Positions 37,628-47,371 of a stretch of DNA of 64,000 nt are shown piece by piece. Source of the stretch: Bacteroidales bacterium (GTDB taxonomy: Bacteria > Bacteroidota > Bacteroidia > Bacteroidales > UBA12077); the NCBI GenBank assembly GCA_050179935.1, contig JBFXEQ010000008.1, positions 30,905 through 94,904 on the forward strand, given 5' to 3'. The notes under the pieces were generated by a model. The model was not told the DNA's origin and did no database searches. It saw only the letters and a list, made by a program, of their open reading frames with translations. The position numbers and the translations under genes are program-made. The stretch's first letter is position 1, and every line of letters begins with the position of its first letter.

Positions 37628-38911
37628 ATGTTACGACTATTTTCATCAATATATAAAGAGTTTCTTGTATTAATAAGAGACCGTGCAGGATTGGCAATAT
37701 TATTTCTTATGCCGCTTATACTCATAATTATTATGACACTGATACAGGATGCCACTTTTAAAACTGTAAAAGATGCCAACATATCAATGATACTGGTAAA
37801 TAACGACCGTGATAGTTTAGGCGAAGCCATAAGAGAAGGATTAATAGAATCAAAGTTCTTTCAGATTGTTGAAGAGATTGATGGTAAGAAGATAACAGAG
37901 CAAGAAGCAATAGATGCTGTAGCCCAGGGAAAATATAAAATCGGTATAATTATTCCGGAACGAGCCACCGAGACTATTCGCGGAAATGTGGATGCGCTTA
38001 TTAATAAATCGTTTAAAACGTATTCAATACCCGGGGTTAAAAAACGAACTAAAAAAAGTTCAATTGATATAACCATCTATATCGATCCAGCTACCAGTCA
38101 TTCGTTTAAAAATTCTGTAATGAGCTCGCTAAAAGAATTTACATCACAACTAGAAATCAAATTATTTTTTCAAAATTTCTCTGTTGCTTTAGCTGAGATG
38201 TTTCCCGATCAAAAAGCAGTTGAATTTGAAAGTTTTCAGACGATAAAGTATAAAGAGGTTTATGCTTCAACTACAAATAGTGAAATACTACCAAATTCGG
38301 TGCAACACAATGTTCCTGCATGGACAATGTTTGCCATGTTTTTTATTATTCTGCCATTAGCTGGCAATATAATTAAGGAACGTGACGAAGGAAGTGCTTT
38401 TAGATTAAAAACAATGCCTGGGTCGTATATTACGGTTATGTTTAGTAAGATTCTGATTTTTTTATGCGTTTCGTTTCTGCAGTTTATGCTTATGTTAATG
38501 GTTGGAAAATACCTTATGCCAGCCATGGGATTACCCCAATTAGAAATTGGCTCACATAAACTTGCACTTGTATTGTTGGCTCTTTCATCGGGATTAGCTG
38601 CAACAGGATTGGGTGTTGCGATAGGAACAATAGCTACTACCCACGAGCAATCATCAACCTTTGGAGCTGTAACTATAATTATTTTTGCGGCACTAGGTGG
38701 AATCTGGGTTCCAATTTATGTTATGCCTCATTATATGAGAATAATGAGTCAGTTTTCGCCATTAAACTGGGGATTGAGCGGATTTTATGATATTTTTCTA
38801 CGAAATGGTGATATAATCAATATTTTGCCAGAAATGTTAAAGCTATTATTCTTCTTTGCCGTAATGCTTTTAATCGCAGTAGGTTATAATAGAATTCATC
38901 GATCAAAATAA
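37628..38911 (+). CDS. ABC-2-type transporter permease
   Basis: 427 aa. It has one N-terminal TM, a large extracytoplasmic loop, then 5 C-terminal TM helices, which is the ABC-2 permease layout. Confidence 0.8.
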   Translation: MLRLFSSIYKEFLVLIRDRAGLAILFLMPLILIIIMTLIQDATFKTVKDANISMILVNNDRDSLGEAIREGLIESKFFQIVEEIDGKKITEQEAIDAVAQGKYKIGIIIPERATETIRGNVDALINKSFKTYSIPGVKKRTKKSSIDITIYIDPATSHSFKNSVMSSLKEFTSQLEIKLFFQNFSVALAEMFPDQKAVEFESFQTIKYKEVYASTTNSEILPNSVQHNVPAWTMFAMFFIILPLAGNIIKERDEGSAFRLKTMPGSYITVMFSKILIFLCVSFLQFMLMLMVGKYLMPAMGLPQLEIGSHKLALVLLALSSGLAATGLGVAIGTIATTHEQSSTFGAVTIIIFAALGGIWVPIYVMPHYMRIMSQFSPLNWGLSGFYDIFLRNGDIINILPEMLKLLFFFAVMLLIAVGYNRIHRSK

Positions 38912-38966
38912 CAAAACAACATTCATTACTAAAAACCTTAGAAATATCATTATAAAAAAATAATTA

Positions 38967-39153
38967 AAAGCTAATTTGAATGTCCGTTTTATGTCATAAA
39001 TATTATGTAAATAAATTGAAAATCAATTTGTTTGCCCCAAACCCCTAAAGGGTGCAAATTGATTTTCTTCACACCCTTTAGGGACGGGGCAAATGAAGAA
39101 AATCATTAACAACAATTATGAATAAAAGCGGACAATCGTTAAAGCTAATTTTG
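38967..39153. repeat. MITE-like / structured intergenic element with nested inverted repeats and flanking direct repeats
   Basis: Direct repeats AAAGCTAATTTG (38967-38978) and AAAGCTAATTTTG (39141-39153). Outer inverted repeat tgtccgttttat (38981-38992) / ataaaagcggaca (39122-39134). Inner stems 39031-39054 / 39072-39093 (8+12 bp). A competing perfect 13-bp pair lies at 39018-39030 / 39055-39067. Confidence 0.55.
39146..39153 (+). promoter_or_regulatory. -7 promoter box for the thioesterase-KS operon (TAATTTTG)
   Basis: Exact TAnnTTTG match, 23 nt upstream of the start at 39176. Confidence 0.35.
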
Positions 39154-39175
39154 CACTTTACTAAAAAAATACAAA

Positions 39176-39604
39176 TTGAATAAAAAAGAATTGATACATA
39201 GGACCGAAACTACTATAAGATTTAGTGAGGTGGATTCAATGGGAATAGTGTGGCACGGAAACTATGCCAAGTTCTTTGAAGATGGAAGAGAGGATTTCGG
39301 AAAGACCTATGGAATAAGCTATTTAAATGTTTATGAAAATAAACATATGACTCCATTGGTAAAATTAACTTTCGATTACAAAATGCCACTCGAATATGGA
39401 GATACAGCAATAATCGAAACTCGTTATATCGATCATGATGCTGCAAAAATTCATTTTGAATATACTATTTTCAATAAAAAAACGAATAAAATTTGCGCCA
39501 CAGGTGAGAGCATTCAAGTGTTTATTGATTTTAACCGTGAACTAATGCTTACTCCTCCTGCTTTTTTCGTTGATTGGAAAAAGAAAATGGGATTAATAGA
39601 ATAA
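39176..39604 (+). CDS. 4HBT/YbgC-type acyl-CoA/ACP thioesterase (hotdog fold)
   Basis: 142 aa. RFSEVDSMGIVWHGNYAKFFEDGRE is the classical 4HBT catalytic-Asp segment. The start is a TTG (no upstream ATG in frame), so its exact position is uncertain. Confidence 0.8.
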   Translation: MNKKELIHRTETTIRFSEVDSMGIVWHGNYAKFFEDGREDFGKTYGISYLNVYENKHMTPLVKLTFDYKMPLEYGDTAIIETRYIDHDAAKIHFEYTIFNKKTNKICATGESIQVFIDFNRELMLTPPAFFVDWKKKMGLIE

Positions 39605-39607
39605 AAG

Positions 39608-40768
39608 ATGAACAAGGTTTACACTCTTAGCGATAACATCATTACGTCTTTAGGATTTACTACCAAAGCAAATTTTAGTGCATTAAAAGAAGGAATCTCA
39701 GGTATTGCACAAACAAACGATCCTAAAATTACTCAAATCCCTATGTACACATCAATTGTGGATTCGGAGATGTTAAAAAATGAGTTTACTCAGTTTGGTG
39801 ATACATCAGATTTTACTCGCCTAGAGCAGTTAATGATCTTGTCGATCGAAAAAGCATTAAAAGGATCATCCATTAACCCAAAACGGAATGACACTATTTT
39901 TGTATTTTCTTCAACCAAAGGAAATATAGACCTATTAGAAAATCGTCGTCAGGAGTTTGAACACGATAGAGTAAATCTTTGGGCTTTGAGTGAGGTTATT
40001 ACCAAATTTTTTGGCAATAAAAACAACCCCATTTTTATTTCAAATGCATGCGTTTCGGGCGTTACAGCAATTACAACTGCTGCACACCTTCTGCAATCGG
40101 GCAAATATAAAAATGCTATTGTATGTGGAGGCGACATTATTTCAGAGTTTACGCCATCAGGGTTTCAATCTTTTAAAGCAATTAGTTCAAATCCATGCAG
40201 ACCTTTTGATGCAACCCGCGATGGAATTACTCTTGGCGAAGGAGTTGGAACAATAGTTCTAACAACTCAGAAAAATCTTGTAAAAGAATCAAACCCAGTA
40301 ATATTTAGAGGTGGAGCAAATAGTAACGATGCTAATCATATTTCAGGTCCTTCAAGAACCGGTGATGGATTGTATTTTGCTATTCGCAATGCATTAACCG
40401 ACTCTAATAAAACAAATAAAAACATTGATTATATCTCAGCACATGGTACTGCTACTCTTTATAACGATGAGATGGAGTCAAAAGCAATCGCCCTTGCCGG
40501 ACTGGAAAACATTGCAGTTAATAGCTTAAAAGGATATTGGGGTCATACATTGGGTGCTGCAGGTATAATTGAATGTATAGCAGGTATCCACTCAATAAAA
40601 GAAAATTGCCTAATAAAATCATTGGGATTTAATGAATTAGGTGTAAGCATCCCTTTAAAAATCATTACAAAATTTGAAACAAAAGTGATTAAAAATTTCT
40701 TGAAAACTGCATCTGGGTTTGGAGGTAGCAATGCTGCTATTTATTTTTCAGAAGAAAATGCAGATTAA
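39608..40768 (+). CDS. Beta-ketoacyl synthase, KS-2
   Basis: 386 aa. The triad is present: SNACVSGVTAI (Cys), ISAHGTATLYND (His), GYWGHTLGAAG (His). Confidence 0.8.
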   Translation: MNKVYTLSDNIITSLGFTTKANFSALKEGISGIAQTNDPKITQIPMYTSIVDSEMLKNEFTQFGDTSDFTRLEQLMILSIEKALKGSSINPKRNDTIFVFSSTKGNIDLLENRRQEFEHDRVNLWALSEVITKFFGNKNNPIFISNACVSGVTAITTAAHLLQSGKYKNAIVCGGDIISEFTPSGFQSFKAISSNPCRPFDATRDGITLGEGVGTIVLTTQKNLVKESNPVIFRGGANSNDANHISGPSRTGDGLYFAIRNALTDSNKTNKNIDYISAHGTATLYNDEMESKAIALAGLENIAVNSLKGYWGHTLGAAGIIECIAGIHSIKENCLIKSLGFNELGVSIPLKIITKFETKVIKNFLKTASGFGGSNAAIYFSEENAD

Positions 40769-41414
40769 AAGCAACCAAATGGAAAATGTAATTACTAAAT
40801 ATTGCCAAATCGATTCAAGCCAGGTTATTGTTGATGGAAAAGTTGAATTCGAAAATTCAGCAAATGAGCCATTTGTAGAATTTATGAAATCCATTTACAA
40901 ACAATATGATATAAAATACCCTAAGTATTTTAAAATGGATAATTTATGCAAAATAGCATTCATGGCTTCTGAAATAATTCTAAAAGATAATTCAGCTATA
41001 AAACAAATAGATCCTACACGTATTGGCGTTATACTTCAGAATTCGCATTCTACTATTGATACCGACATAAGTTACCTAAATACCATAAAAGATAAATCAA
41101 ACTATTATCCTAGCCCAGCAATTTTTGTATATACATTGCCAAATGTAATGATTGGAGAGATTTGTATTAAAAATAAGTTTCAAGGTGAAAGCACCTGCTT
41201 TATTGCAAAGGAGTTTGATGCAGAATTTATTACCGAATATGTAAATAATTTACTCGATTCAGGCAAAGTTGATATTTGTCTTACAGGATGGGCTGATTAT
41301 GTTGAAAACAATTACATTACAAAGCTATTTTTAGTAGAAAAAATTAAGGAAAATCAAAAAGATAATATTAGTTTTAGGCCGGAAAATTTAAAAAATAAAA
41401 TAAAAGAGGGATAA
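40758..41414 (+). CDS. Thiolase-fold half-domain-like protein of unknown role
   Basis: About 218 aa from the ATG at 40758, overlapping the upstream stop by 11 nt; an alternative ATG lies at 40779. SPAIFVYTLPNVMIGEICIKN resembles KS-like accessory proteins. No Cys-His-His triad is evident. Confidence 0.45.
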   Translation: MQIKSNQMENVITKYCQIDSSQVIVDGKVEFENSANEPFVEFMKSIYKQYDIKYPKYFKMDNLCKIAFMASEIILKDNSAIKQIDPTRIGVILQNSHSTIDTDISYLNTIKDKSNYYPSPAIFVYTLPNVMIGEICIKNKFQGESTCFIAKEFDAEFITEYVNNLLDSGKVDICLTGWADYVENNYITKLFLVEKIKENQKDNISFRPENLKNKIKEG

Positions 41415-41417
41415 AAA

Positions 41418-41672
41418 ATGGAATCATTAATTCAGAAAATTAAAGAACAAGTAATCGAAGTATTAAATTTAGAAGAAGTAACACCACAAGATATTGATAC
41501 CGATGCTCCCCTTTTTGGAGATGGTTTAGGTCTCGATTCAATCGATGCATTAGAATTAATCGTATTGCTCGAAAAACAGTATGGTATTAAAATTGAAGAT
41601 CCAAAAGACGGAAAAAAAATATTCTTTTCAATTCGTACCATTGCAGAATATATCGAATCACATAAAAAATAA
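41418..41672 (+). CDS. Acyl carrier protein
   Basis: 84 aa. LGLDSIDALELI is the attachment motif. Confidence 0.85.
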   Translation: MESLIQKIKEQVIEVLNLEEVTPQDIDTDAPLFGDGLGLDSIDALELIVLLEKQYGIKIEDPKDGKKIFFSIRTIAEYIESHKK

Positions 41673-41693
41673 CGTTTAAAAGGAACCTGTTAC

Positions 41694-42893
41694 ATGTCCA
41701 AAAGAATTTTTATTACCGGTATAGGAATAATTTCTGGTATTGGTAATAATGTTGAAGAAACCCTAGAATCTATTCGAATTGGTAAATCGGGCGTGGGTAA
41801 AATTACCCATCTTGAAACCTTTCATAAAGATACAATTCCTGTTTCGGAAGTAAAATACACCAATGAAGAATTAATCACGCTATTAGGATTGAATAATAGT
41901 GAGCCCTATACACGTGCTACATTAATGGGAATTATGGCTGCTGCGGAAGCAGTAAAAAGTGCAGGTATTACGAATATGAGCGATAAAAGAACAGGAGTAA
42001 TTTCGGGTACTACTGTTGGCGGAATGGACAAGAGTGAGCAGTTTTATCACGATTTCTTAACCGAAGGAAAACATATTAAATATATCGAATCGCACGATTG
42101 TGGTGATAGTACCGAACGTATTGCCGATTATATCAAGGTAAAAGATTTTGTATCGACAACAAGTACAGCATGTTCAAGCGCAGCAAACTCAATTATGTTT
42201 GGAGCACGATTAATAAAAAACAACCGACTTGACAGAGTTATAGCTGGAGGGACTGAATCCTTGACAAAATACCATTTAAATGGTTTTAATACATTAATGA
42301 TTCTTGATCGTGAGCTTTGTAAACCATTTGATGAGAATAGAAAAGGGTTAAACTTAGGCGAAGGAGCTGCTTTTGTTGTGCTCGAATCAGAAGATATAGT
42401 TCGGGAAACAGGAAAAAAAGTATTCTGCGAACTCACAGGTTATGGTAATGCATGCGAAGCATTTCATCAGACAGCATCAACACCCGAAGGTAAAGGTGCT
42501 TACCTGGCAATGAAAAAAGCATTAGACCGTAGCGGATTAAAACCTGAACAAATCGATTACATTAACGCACATGGCACAGGAACCGAAAATAACGATATTT
42601 CCGAAGGTCGTGCAATTCAAAATTTATTTGGAGAAAATCCACCTAGAGTAAGCTCAACAAAATCATTTACTGGTCATACTACTAGTGCTGCAGGTGGTAT
42701 TGAAGCTGTACTTTCAGTTTTGGCTATACAACATAACATAATATATCCAAACATGAATTTTCATCAACAGATGAAAGAACTTAGCTATAAACCTGTAACT
42801 CATCTGATGGAAAATGTAAAAGTTGATCATGTTTTGTCGAATTCGTTTGGTTTTGGAGGTAATAATTCGGCATTAATTTTTTCGAGAGTTTAA
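41694..42893 (+). CDS. Beta-ketoacyl-ACP synthase II-like, KS-3
   Basis: 399 aa. The triad is present: TSTACSSAANSI (Cys), INAHGTGTENND (His), SFTGHTTSAAG (His). Confidence 0.9.
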   Translation: MSKRIFITGIGIISGIGNNVEETLESIRIGKSGVGKITHLETFHKDTIPVSEVKYTNEELITLLGLNNSEPYTRATLMGIMAAAEAVKSAGITNMSDKRTGVISGTTVGGMDKSEQFYHDFLTEGKHIKYIESHDCGDSTERIADYIKVKDFVSTTSTACSSAANSIMFGARLIKNNRLDRVIAGGTESLTKYHLNGFNTLMILDRELCKPFDENRKGLNLGEGAAFVVLESEDIVRETGKKVFCELTGYGNACEAFHQTASTPEGKGAYLAMKKALDRSGLKPEQIDYINAHGTGTENNDISEGRAIQNLFGENPPRVSSTKSFTGHTTSAAGGIEAVLSVLAIQHNIIYPNMNFHQQMKELSYKPVTHLMENVKVDHVLSNSFGFGGNNSALIFSRV

Positions 42894-42895
42894 TT

Positions 42896-43960
42896 ATGGA
42901 AGTATTTATTAAAGGAACTGGAATTATTTCTCCTCAAAAAACGACTGATAACAGCGATTTTTTAAACGATATTGTAGTACACGAGAAAGATACACTAAAC
43001 TGCGTTGAACCATTTTATAAAGAATATATAAATCCTATTCAGTTGCGCAGAATGAGTCGTTTAATAAAAATGAGCATTAGCGCATCAAAGATTTGTTTAA
43101 AAGAAGCCGGTATTGAAAATCCAGGAGCAATAATTTCTGGAACTGGTTTAGGATTGGTTGAAGATACTGAGAAATTTTTAAATTCTGTGTTAGACTATAA
43201 AGAACAATTCCTCACTCCTACTTCATTTATACAATCTACTCACAACACAATAAGCGGACAAGTTGCTATTGCTTTACAATGTTTTAATTACAATAATACT
43301 TACTCGCACCGTGGCTTTTCTTTCGAAAGTGCTTTGCTGGATGCCATGCTTCTTATTAATGATAAAGATGCTGAAAATGCCCTTGTAGGAGGATTTGATG
43401 AGATCACCGAACAACATCATAGTATCCTTAAAAAAACCAAATGGGTAAAAAAGGAACAAGTAAAACATCTTGACTTATTGAATTATAAAACTCCAGGCAC
43501 TGTTGATGGTGAAGGTGTTTCGTTCTTCGCGCTTACAAATAAAAGAGAAGAAGGAACTTACGCTCAGATAAAAAACATATCCACATTATATAAACCAAAA
43601 GATTATAAAGAAATCGAGGATCATATTGAGAAATTTCTTGCAGATAATGGAGTTTCGAAAAAGGATCTTGATCTGGTTGTTCTTGGTTTAAACGGAAATA
43701 CGGATACCGATGGCATTTATTATCATTTAACAGAAAATTATTTTAATACCAATTATGCTTATTTTAAGCATCTTTGCGGCGAATATCATACTGTTGGAGC
43801 ATTTGCATTATGGTTTGGGGCAAAATGTATTAAACATCAGACAGTTCCCGAAATTGCGATCTTCAATAAGCAAAACTTTACAAAAAAACCAATAAAAAAT
43901 ATATTGGTTTATAATCATTTTAAAAACATAAATCACTCATTTTATTTATTAAATCAATGA
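42896..43960 (+). CDS. Ketosynthase-like protein lacking the active-site Cys (chain-length-factor-like partner)
   Basis: 354 aa with KS-like architecture. The position of the nucleophile reads FIQSTHNTISGQ (no Cys) and no HGTGT/GH motifs are present. The start lies 2 nt after the KS-3 stop. Confidence 0.65.
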   Translation: MEVFIKGTGIISPQKTTDNSDFLNDIVVHEKDTLNCVEPFYKEYINPIQLRRMSRLIKMSISASKICLKEAGIENPGAIISGTGLGLVEDTEKFLNSVLDYKEQFLTPTSFIQSTHNTISGQVAIALQCFNYNNTYSHRGFSFESALLDAMLLINDKDAENALVGGFDEITEQHHSILKKTKWVKKEQVKHLDLLNYKTPGTVDGEGVSFFALTNKREEGTYAQIKNISTLYKPKDYKEIEDHIEKFLADNGVSKKDLDLVVLGLNGNTDTDGIYYHLTENYFNTNYAYFKHLCGEYHTVGAFALWFGAKCIKHQTVPEIAIFNKQNFTKKPIKNILVYNHFKNINHSFYLLNQ

Positions 43961-44718
43961 TTAGACTAAGAACTACAATCGTTCTTTATGTCATTGTTTT
44001 AGTCCTGGTTTATCTCTTTCTTCCATGGAAAGGAGCATTTCTTTTTTTATTAACCCTAATTTTTCTTTTTATTTTAGGTTATGGATCATTTTCAATCTGT
44101 TCTAACCTATACGTACAAGCATTTTGCAAAGGAGATTCATCAGAAAAAAAAGTTGCAATAACCTTTGATGATGGTCCTCATGGGGAAATAACTCCTGAAA
44201 TACTTAACCTACTTGAATTATATAAAGCCCAAGCAACTTTTTTTTGTAAAGGAGAAAGCATTGAAAAAAACAAAGATTTGCTGAACGAAATTATTAATCG
44301 AGGTCATGTTATTGGGAATCATACCTATAGCCATTCGTATGGTAAAAATATGTACTCATCGAAGAAACTCATCGATGATATTCAGAAAAACCAGGATTTG
44401 ATTTTTGAAATCACAGGTAAAAAAGCAAGGCTTTTCAGACCACCTTTTGGAGTTACTAATCCTCCAATAGCCAACGCATTAAGAAAATTTAATTTCCATA
44501 TCATTGGATGGAGCTTGCGATCTTTCGATACTATTCATGAACCCAGTCAAGTAATTAAAAAAGTTAAAAATAATGTTAAACCCGGCGATATAATTTTGTT
44601 TCATGATAATCGATTAAATACTATCGAAATACTTAAGGAAATACTCGATTTTTTACAGAAAGAGAACTATGGCATGGTTCGTGTTGACGAACTTTTAAAT
44701 ATCGAAGCATATGAATAA
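43957..44718 (+). CDS. Polysaccharide deacetylase (NodB/CE4) family protein with N-terminal TM segments
   Basis: 253 aa. It has TFDDGPH (motif 1), GNHTYSH (motif 2) and RPPFG (motif 3). Confidence 0.8.
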   Translation: MIRLRTTIVLYVIVLVLVYLFLPWKGAFLFLLTLIFLFILGYGSFSICSNLYVQAFCKGDSSEKKVAITFDDGPHGEITPEILNLLELYKAQATFFCKGESIEKNKDLLNEIINRGHVIGNHTYSHSYGKNMYSSKKLIDDIQKNQDLIFEITGKKARLFRPPFGVTNPPIANALRKFNFHIIGWSLRSFDTIHEPSQVIKKVKNNVKPGDIILFHDNRLNTIEILKEILDFLQKENYGMVRVDELLNIEAYE

Positions 44719-45349
44719 ACATATCATCTTTTTACTAGCTTTTCAGATTACAATACTTATCTCCATAGCTCAGGAAAAAGGGTTTAAACCAATCGAAAAT
44801 GCTGCAATTTTTAAGGAAAAACTTAATAAATTAACTGAAAATACAACAACTATTCAAAGTGATTTTACACAGGAGAAACATCTAAGTTTTTTATCTGAAA
44901 ACATTATATCGAAAGGAAAGTTCGCGTTTAAAACTCCAAATTTACTTCGTTGGGAATATGCCGAACCGATTAATTATATTATCGTTTTTAATAATACAAG
45001 CATTTTAATAAGTGACGATGGTAAAATAAGTTCGTTTGATGCCCAATCGAATCGAATGTTTAGCGAGATTAATAATATGATGGTGGGAACCATTCAGGGG
45101 AGTTTATTTAATGATTCGGAGCGTTTTAATGTAAAATACTTTGAATCGGAAAAACAGTATTTGCTTGAGTTGGAACCCAAAATGGCTGAAATGAAAGGCA
45201 TGCTAAAAACTATAAAGATATTTATTGATAAAACCGACAATTCTGTTTCAAGTATTAAAATGATTGAAACATCAGATGATTATACAAAAATTGATTTTGT
45301 AAACCGAAAACTAAACCTACCAATAATTGATGAAAAATTTAAGTTATAG
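44711..45349 (+). CDS. LolA-like outer-membrane lipoprotein-carrier family protein
   Basis: 212 aa with a signal peptide. FTQEKHLSFLSENIISKGKFAFKTPNLLRWEY matches the LolA-like pattern found in APE clusters. Confidence 0.7.
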   Translation: MNKHIIFLLAFQITILISIAQEKGFKPIENAAIFKEKLNKLTENTTTIQSDFTQEKHLSFLSENIISKGKFAFKTPNLLRWEYAEPINYIIVFNNTSILISDDGKISSFDAQSNRMFSEINNMMVGTIQGSLFNDSERFNVKYFESEKQYLLELEPKMAEMKGMLKTIKIFIDKTDNSVSSIKMIETSDDYTKIDFVNRKLNLPIIDEKFKL

Positions 45350-45435
45350 AAATAATATATAGCTTATAAAACCCAAACCCTTATCTAACAACCTAAAAAA
45401 CAACTCAATAGAAAATATTAAAAAATAAATTCAAT

Positions 45436-45458
45436 ATTAGTTGCAGATGTCAACTAAT
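45436..45458. promoter_or_regulatory. Palindromic operator candidate upstream of marR (ATTAGTTG-N7-CAACTAAT)
   Basis: Perfect 8-bp arms at 45436-45443 and 45451-45458. It lies immediately upstream of the -7 box TATATTTG (45465-45472), which is 25 nt before the ATG at 45497. Confidence 0.45.
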
Positions 45459-45496
45459 TCAATTTATATTTGCAGACTAAATTAAATTATATTCCT

Positions 45497-45940
45497 ATGG
45501 ATGATAAATATATATCGATGATGCAGTTTAGTAAGCTTATGCGTGATGTTTTCAGAGTAATAAAAAAACGTATTAGCGAAACTAATCAGGAAGATTTAAA
45601 AATCACAACCGAACAAATTGGCTTGTTACATGCAATAAGTATCAAAGACGAGGATGTAATTCAGAAAGACATGGCTGAAATTATGTGTAAGGATAAATCA
45701 GCCATATTAAGGCTAATTGATTCATTAGAAGAAAAAGAGTTAATACGAAGAGTGGTTGATAAAAATGACAGACGTAAAAACTATCTAATGATAACTAAAC
45801 ACGGAGAGCGGGTTTTAAAAAACTACCTTGATATCGTTTACCAAATAATGGATGAGCTGCGAGCAGGAATCTCTGAATCTGAAATAATAACCTATAAGAT
45901 GGTTTTAACAAAGGTTATGAGCAACGCTGAGAATCTTTAA
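45497..45940 (+). CDS. MarR-family transcriptional regulator
   Basis: Winged-helix segment QKDMAEIMCKDKSAILRLIDSLEEKELIRRVVDKNDRRKNYLMITKHGE. The ORF-track start 45470 is a TTG; the ATG at 45497 is preferred. Confidence 0.8.
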   Translation: MDDKYISMMQFSKLMRDVFRVIKKRISETNQEDLKITTEQIGLLHAISIKDEDVIQKDMAEIMCKDKSAILRLIDSLEEKELIRRVVDKNDRRKNYLMITKHGERVLKNYLDIVYQIMDELRAGISESEIITYKMVLTKVMSNAENL

Positions 45941-45954
45941 TTTTTTTTGTGTTT

Positions 45955-45975
45955 ATAGTTGATATTTTCAACTAT
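45955..45975. promoter_or_regulatory. Second palindromic operator candidate upstream of the tolC-like gene (ATAGTTG-N7-CAACTAT)
   Basis: Perfect 7-bp arms at 45955-45961 and 45969-45975. It shares the core TAGTTG-N7-CAACTA with the site at 45436. Confidence 0.45.
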
Positions 45976-46058
45976 TGATACTTTAAACTATTCTAAAAAA
46001 AATATGTCCATAAATACATTACAATTCAAAATTAAATATAAAAATCAAATTACCACAA

Positions 46059-47360
46059 ATGAAAAATCATTTTAAAACAGTTTTAGTTGGTATTTCCTGT
46101 CTATGCATAATAACATCGAAAGCACAGGAACCAATAGTGCTATCGCTTGATAGTGCAATTAACTATGCAATAGAACACAACAAAACGCTTATAAACTCTA
46201 AGTTTACGATAGATAAGTCGAAACAAAAAAAGCTCGAAACAATAGCTCAGGGCTTACCACAAGTAAGCGCATCTATTGATTACACCAACTTTTTAGGAGC
46301 AGAAGCTTCTTTGCAAATGAGTGAGCAGGCACCACCCATTACCATTGAATTTAATCCTACCAGCAATTTTAAGGCGAGTGTCAGCCAGTTAATATTTAAT
46401 GGAAGCTATTATATTGGTATTCAATTATCGAACCTGGCTAAAACAATGGCTGAACAAAGCTATATTAAAGACGAAATGACCGTAAAGGAACAGGTAATTC
46501 AGGCCTACTATATGGTATTGGCTAGTGAGCGGATATTAAACATAGTTAAAGACAATAAAACAAATGCTACCACAATATATGAAAAAACAAAAAACCTCGC
46601 TAATGCAGGAATAATTGAACAAACAGATGAAAAGAAACTTTCGTTAATGGTTGCAAATGTTGATAATGCAATAAGGTCAACTGAGAGACAAGTTCAGCTG
46701 GGTTATAATCTGCTACGAATGCAATTAGGGCTTGAAGCCAATCAAACAATTCGTCTTTCGTCAAATCTTGATGAATTAGCTCAGCGGTTTATCGGAAACA
46801 GCATATTGAACAATACTTTTGCGATTGAAAACAATTTGGATTTTAAACTATTATCCTTACAAGGAGAAATGGCTAAAAAACAGGTAACTTTAAAAAAAGC
46901 CAGCAATCTGCCTTCATTAGTAGCCTTTTATTCTTATACAAAAAAAATTAAAGAGCCATTGTTTGATATGACTCCTAAAAATGTACTTGGATTAACCTTA
47001 AACATCCCTATTTTTTCGAGTGGCCAGCGATACACTCAATTGAATCAAGCAAAAATAGATTTACAAATGGTAGAGAATACCAAAGATTTAGTAACGGAAC
47101 AACTAACTATTCAGGAACAACAGCTTCGTTTTAACTATAAAAACTTGCTGGAGCAATTTGAAACACAAAAAGCAAATGTTGAAATTGCCAGGGAAGTGCT
47201 AAATCATATGAACTTAAAATATGAGCAGGGATTAGTGTCGAGCCTCGAATTAACAAGTGCAAACAACGATTATTTAACAGCAGAAACAAATTATACCAGC
47301 ACCATGCTTCAGTTACTTAATGCCGAATTATCATTACGAAAAATTAACAGTACCATTTAA
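46059..47360 (+). CDS. TolC-family outer-membrane efflux protein
   Basis: 433 aa with a signal peptide and two OEP repeats with a coiled-coil pattern. Confidence 0.85.
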   Translation: MKNHFKTVLVGISCLCIITSKAQEPIVLSLDSAINYAIEHNKTLINSKFTIDKSKQKKLETIAQGLPQVSASIDYTNFLGAEASLQMSEQAPPITIEFNPTSNFKASVSQLIFNGSYYIGIQLSNLAKTMAEQSYIKDEMTVKEQVIQAYYMVLASERILNIVKDNKTNATTIYEKTKNLANAGIIEQTDEKKLSLMVANVDNAIRSTERQVQLGYNLLRMQLGLEANQTIRLSSNLDELAQRFIGNSILNNTFAIENNLDFKLLSLQGEMAKKQVTLKKASNLPSLVAFYSYTKKIKEPLFDMTPKNVLGLTLNIPIFSSGQRYTQLNQAKIDLQMVENTKDLVTEQLTIQEQQLRFNYKNLLEQFETQKANVEIAREVLNHMNLKYEQGLVSSLELTSANNDYLTAETNYTSTMLQLLNAELSLRKINSTI

Positions 47361-47371
47361 TACAAACATAT

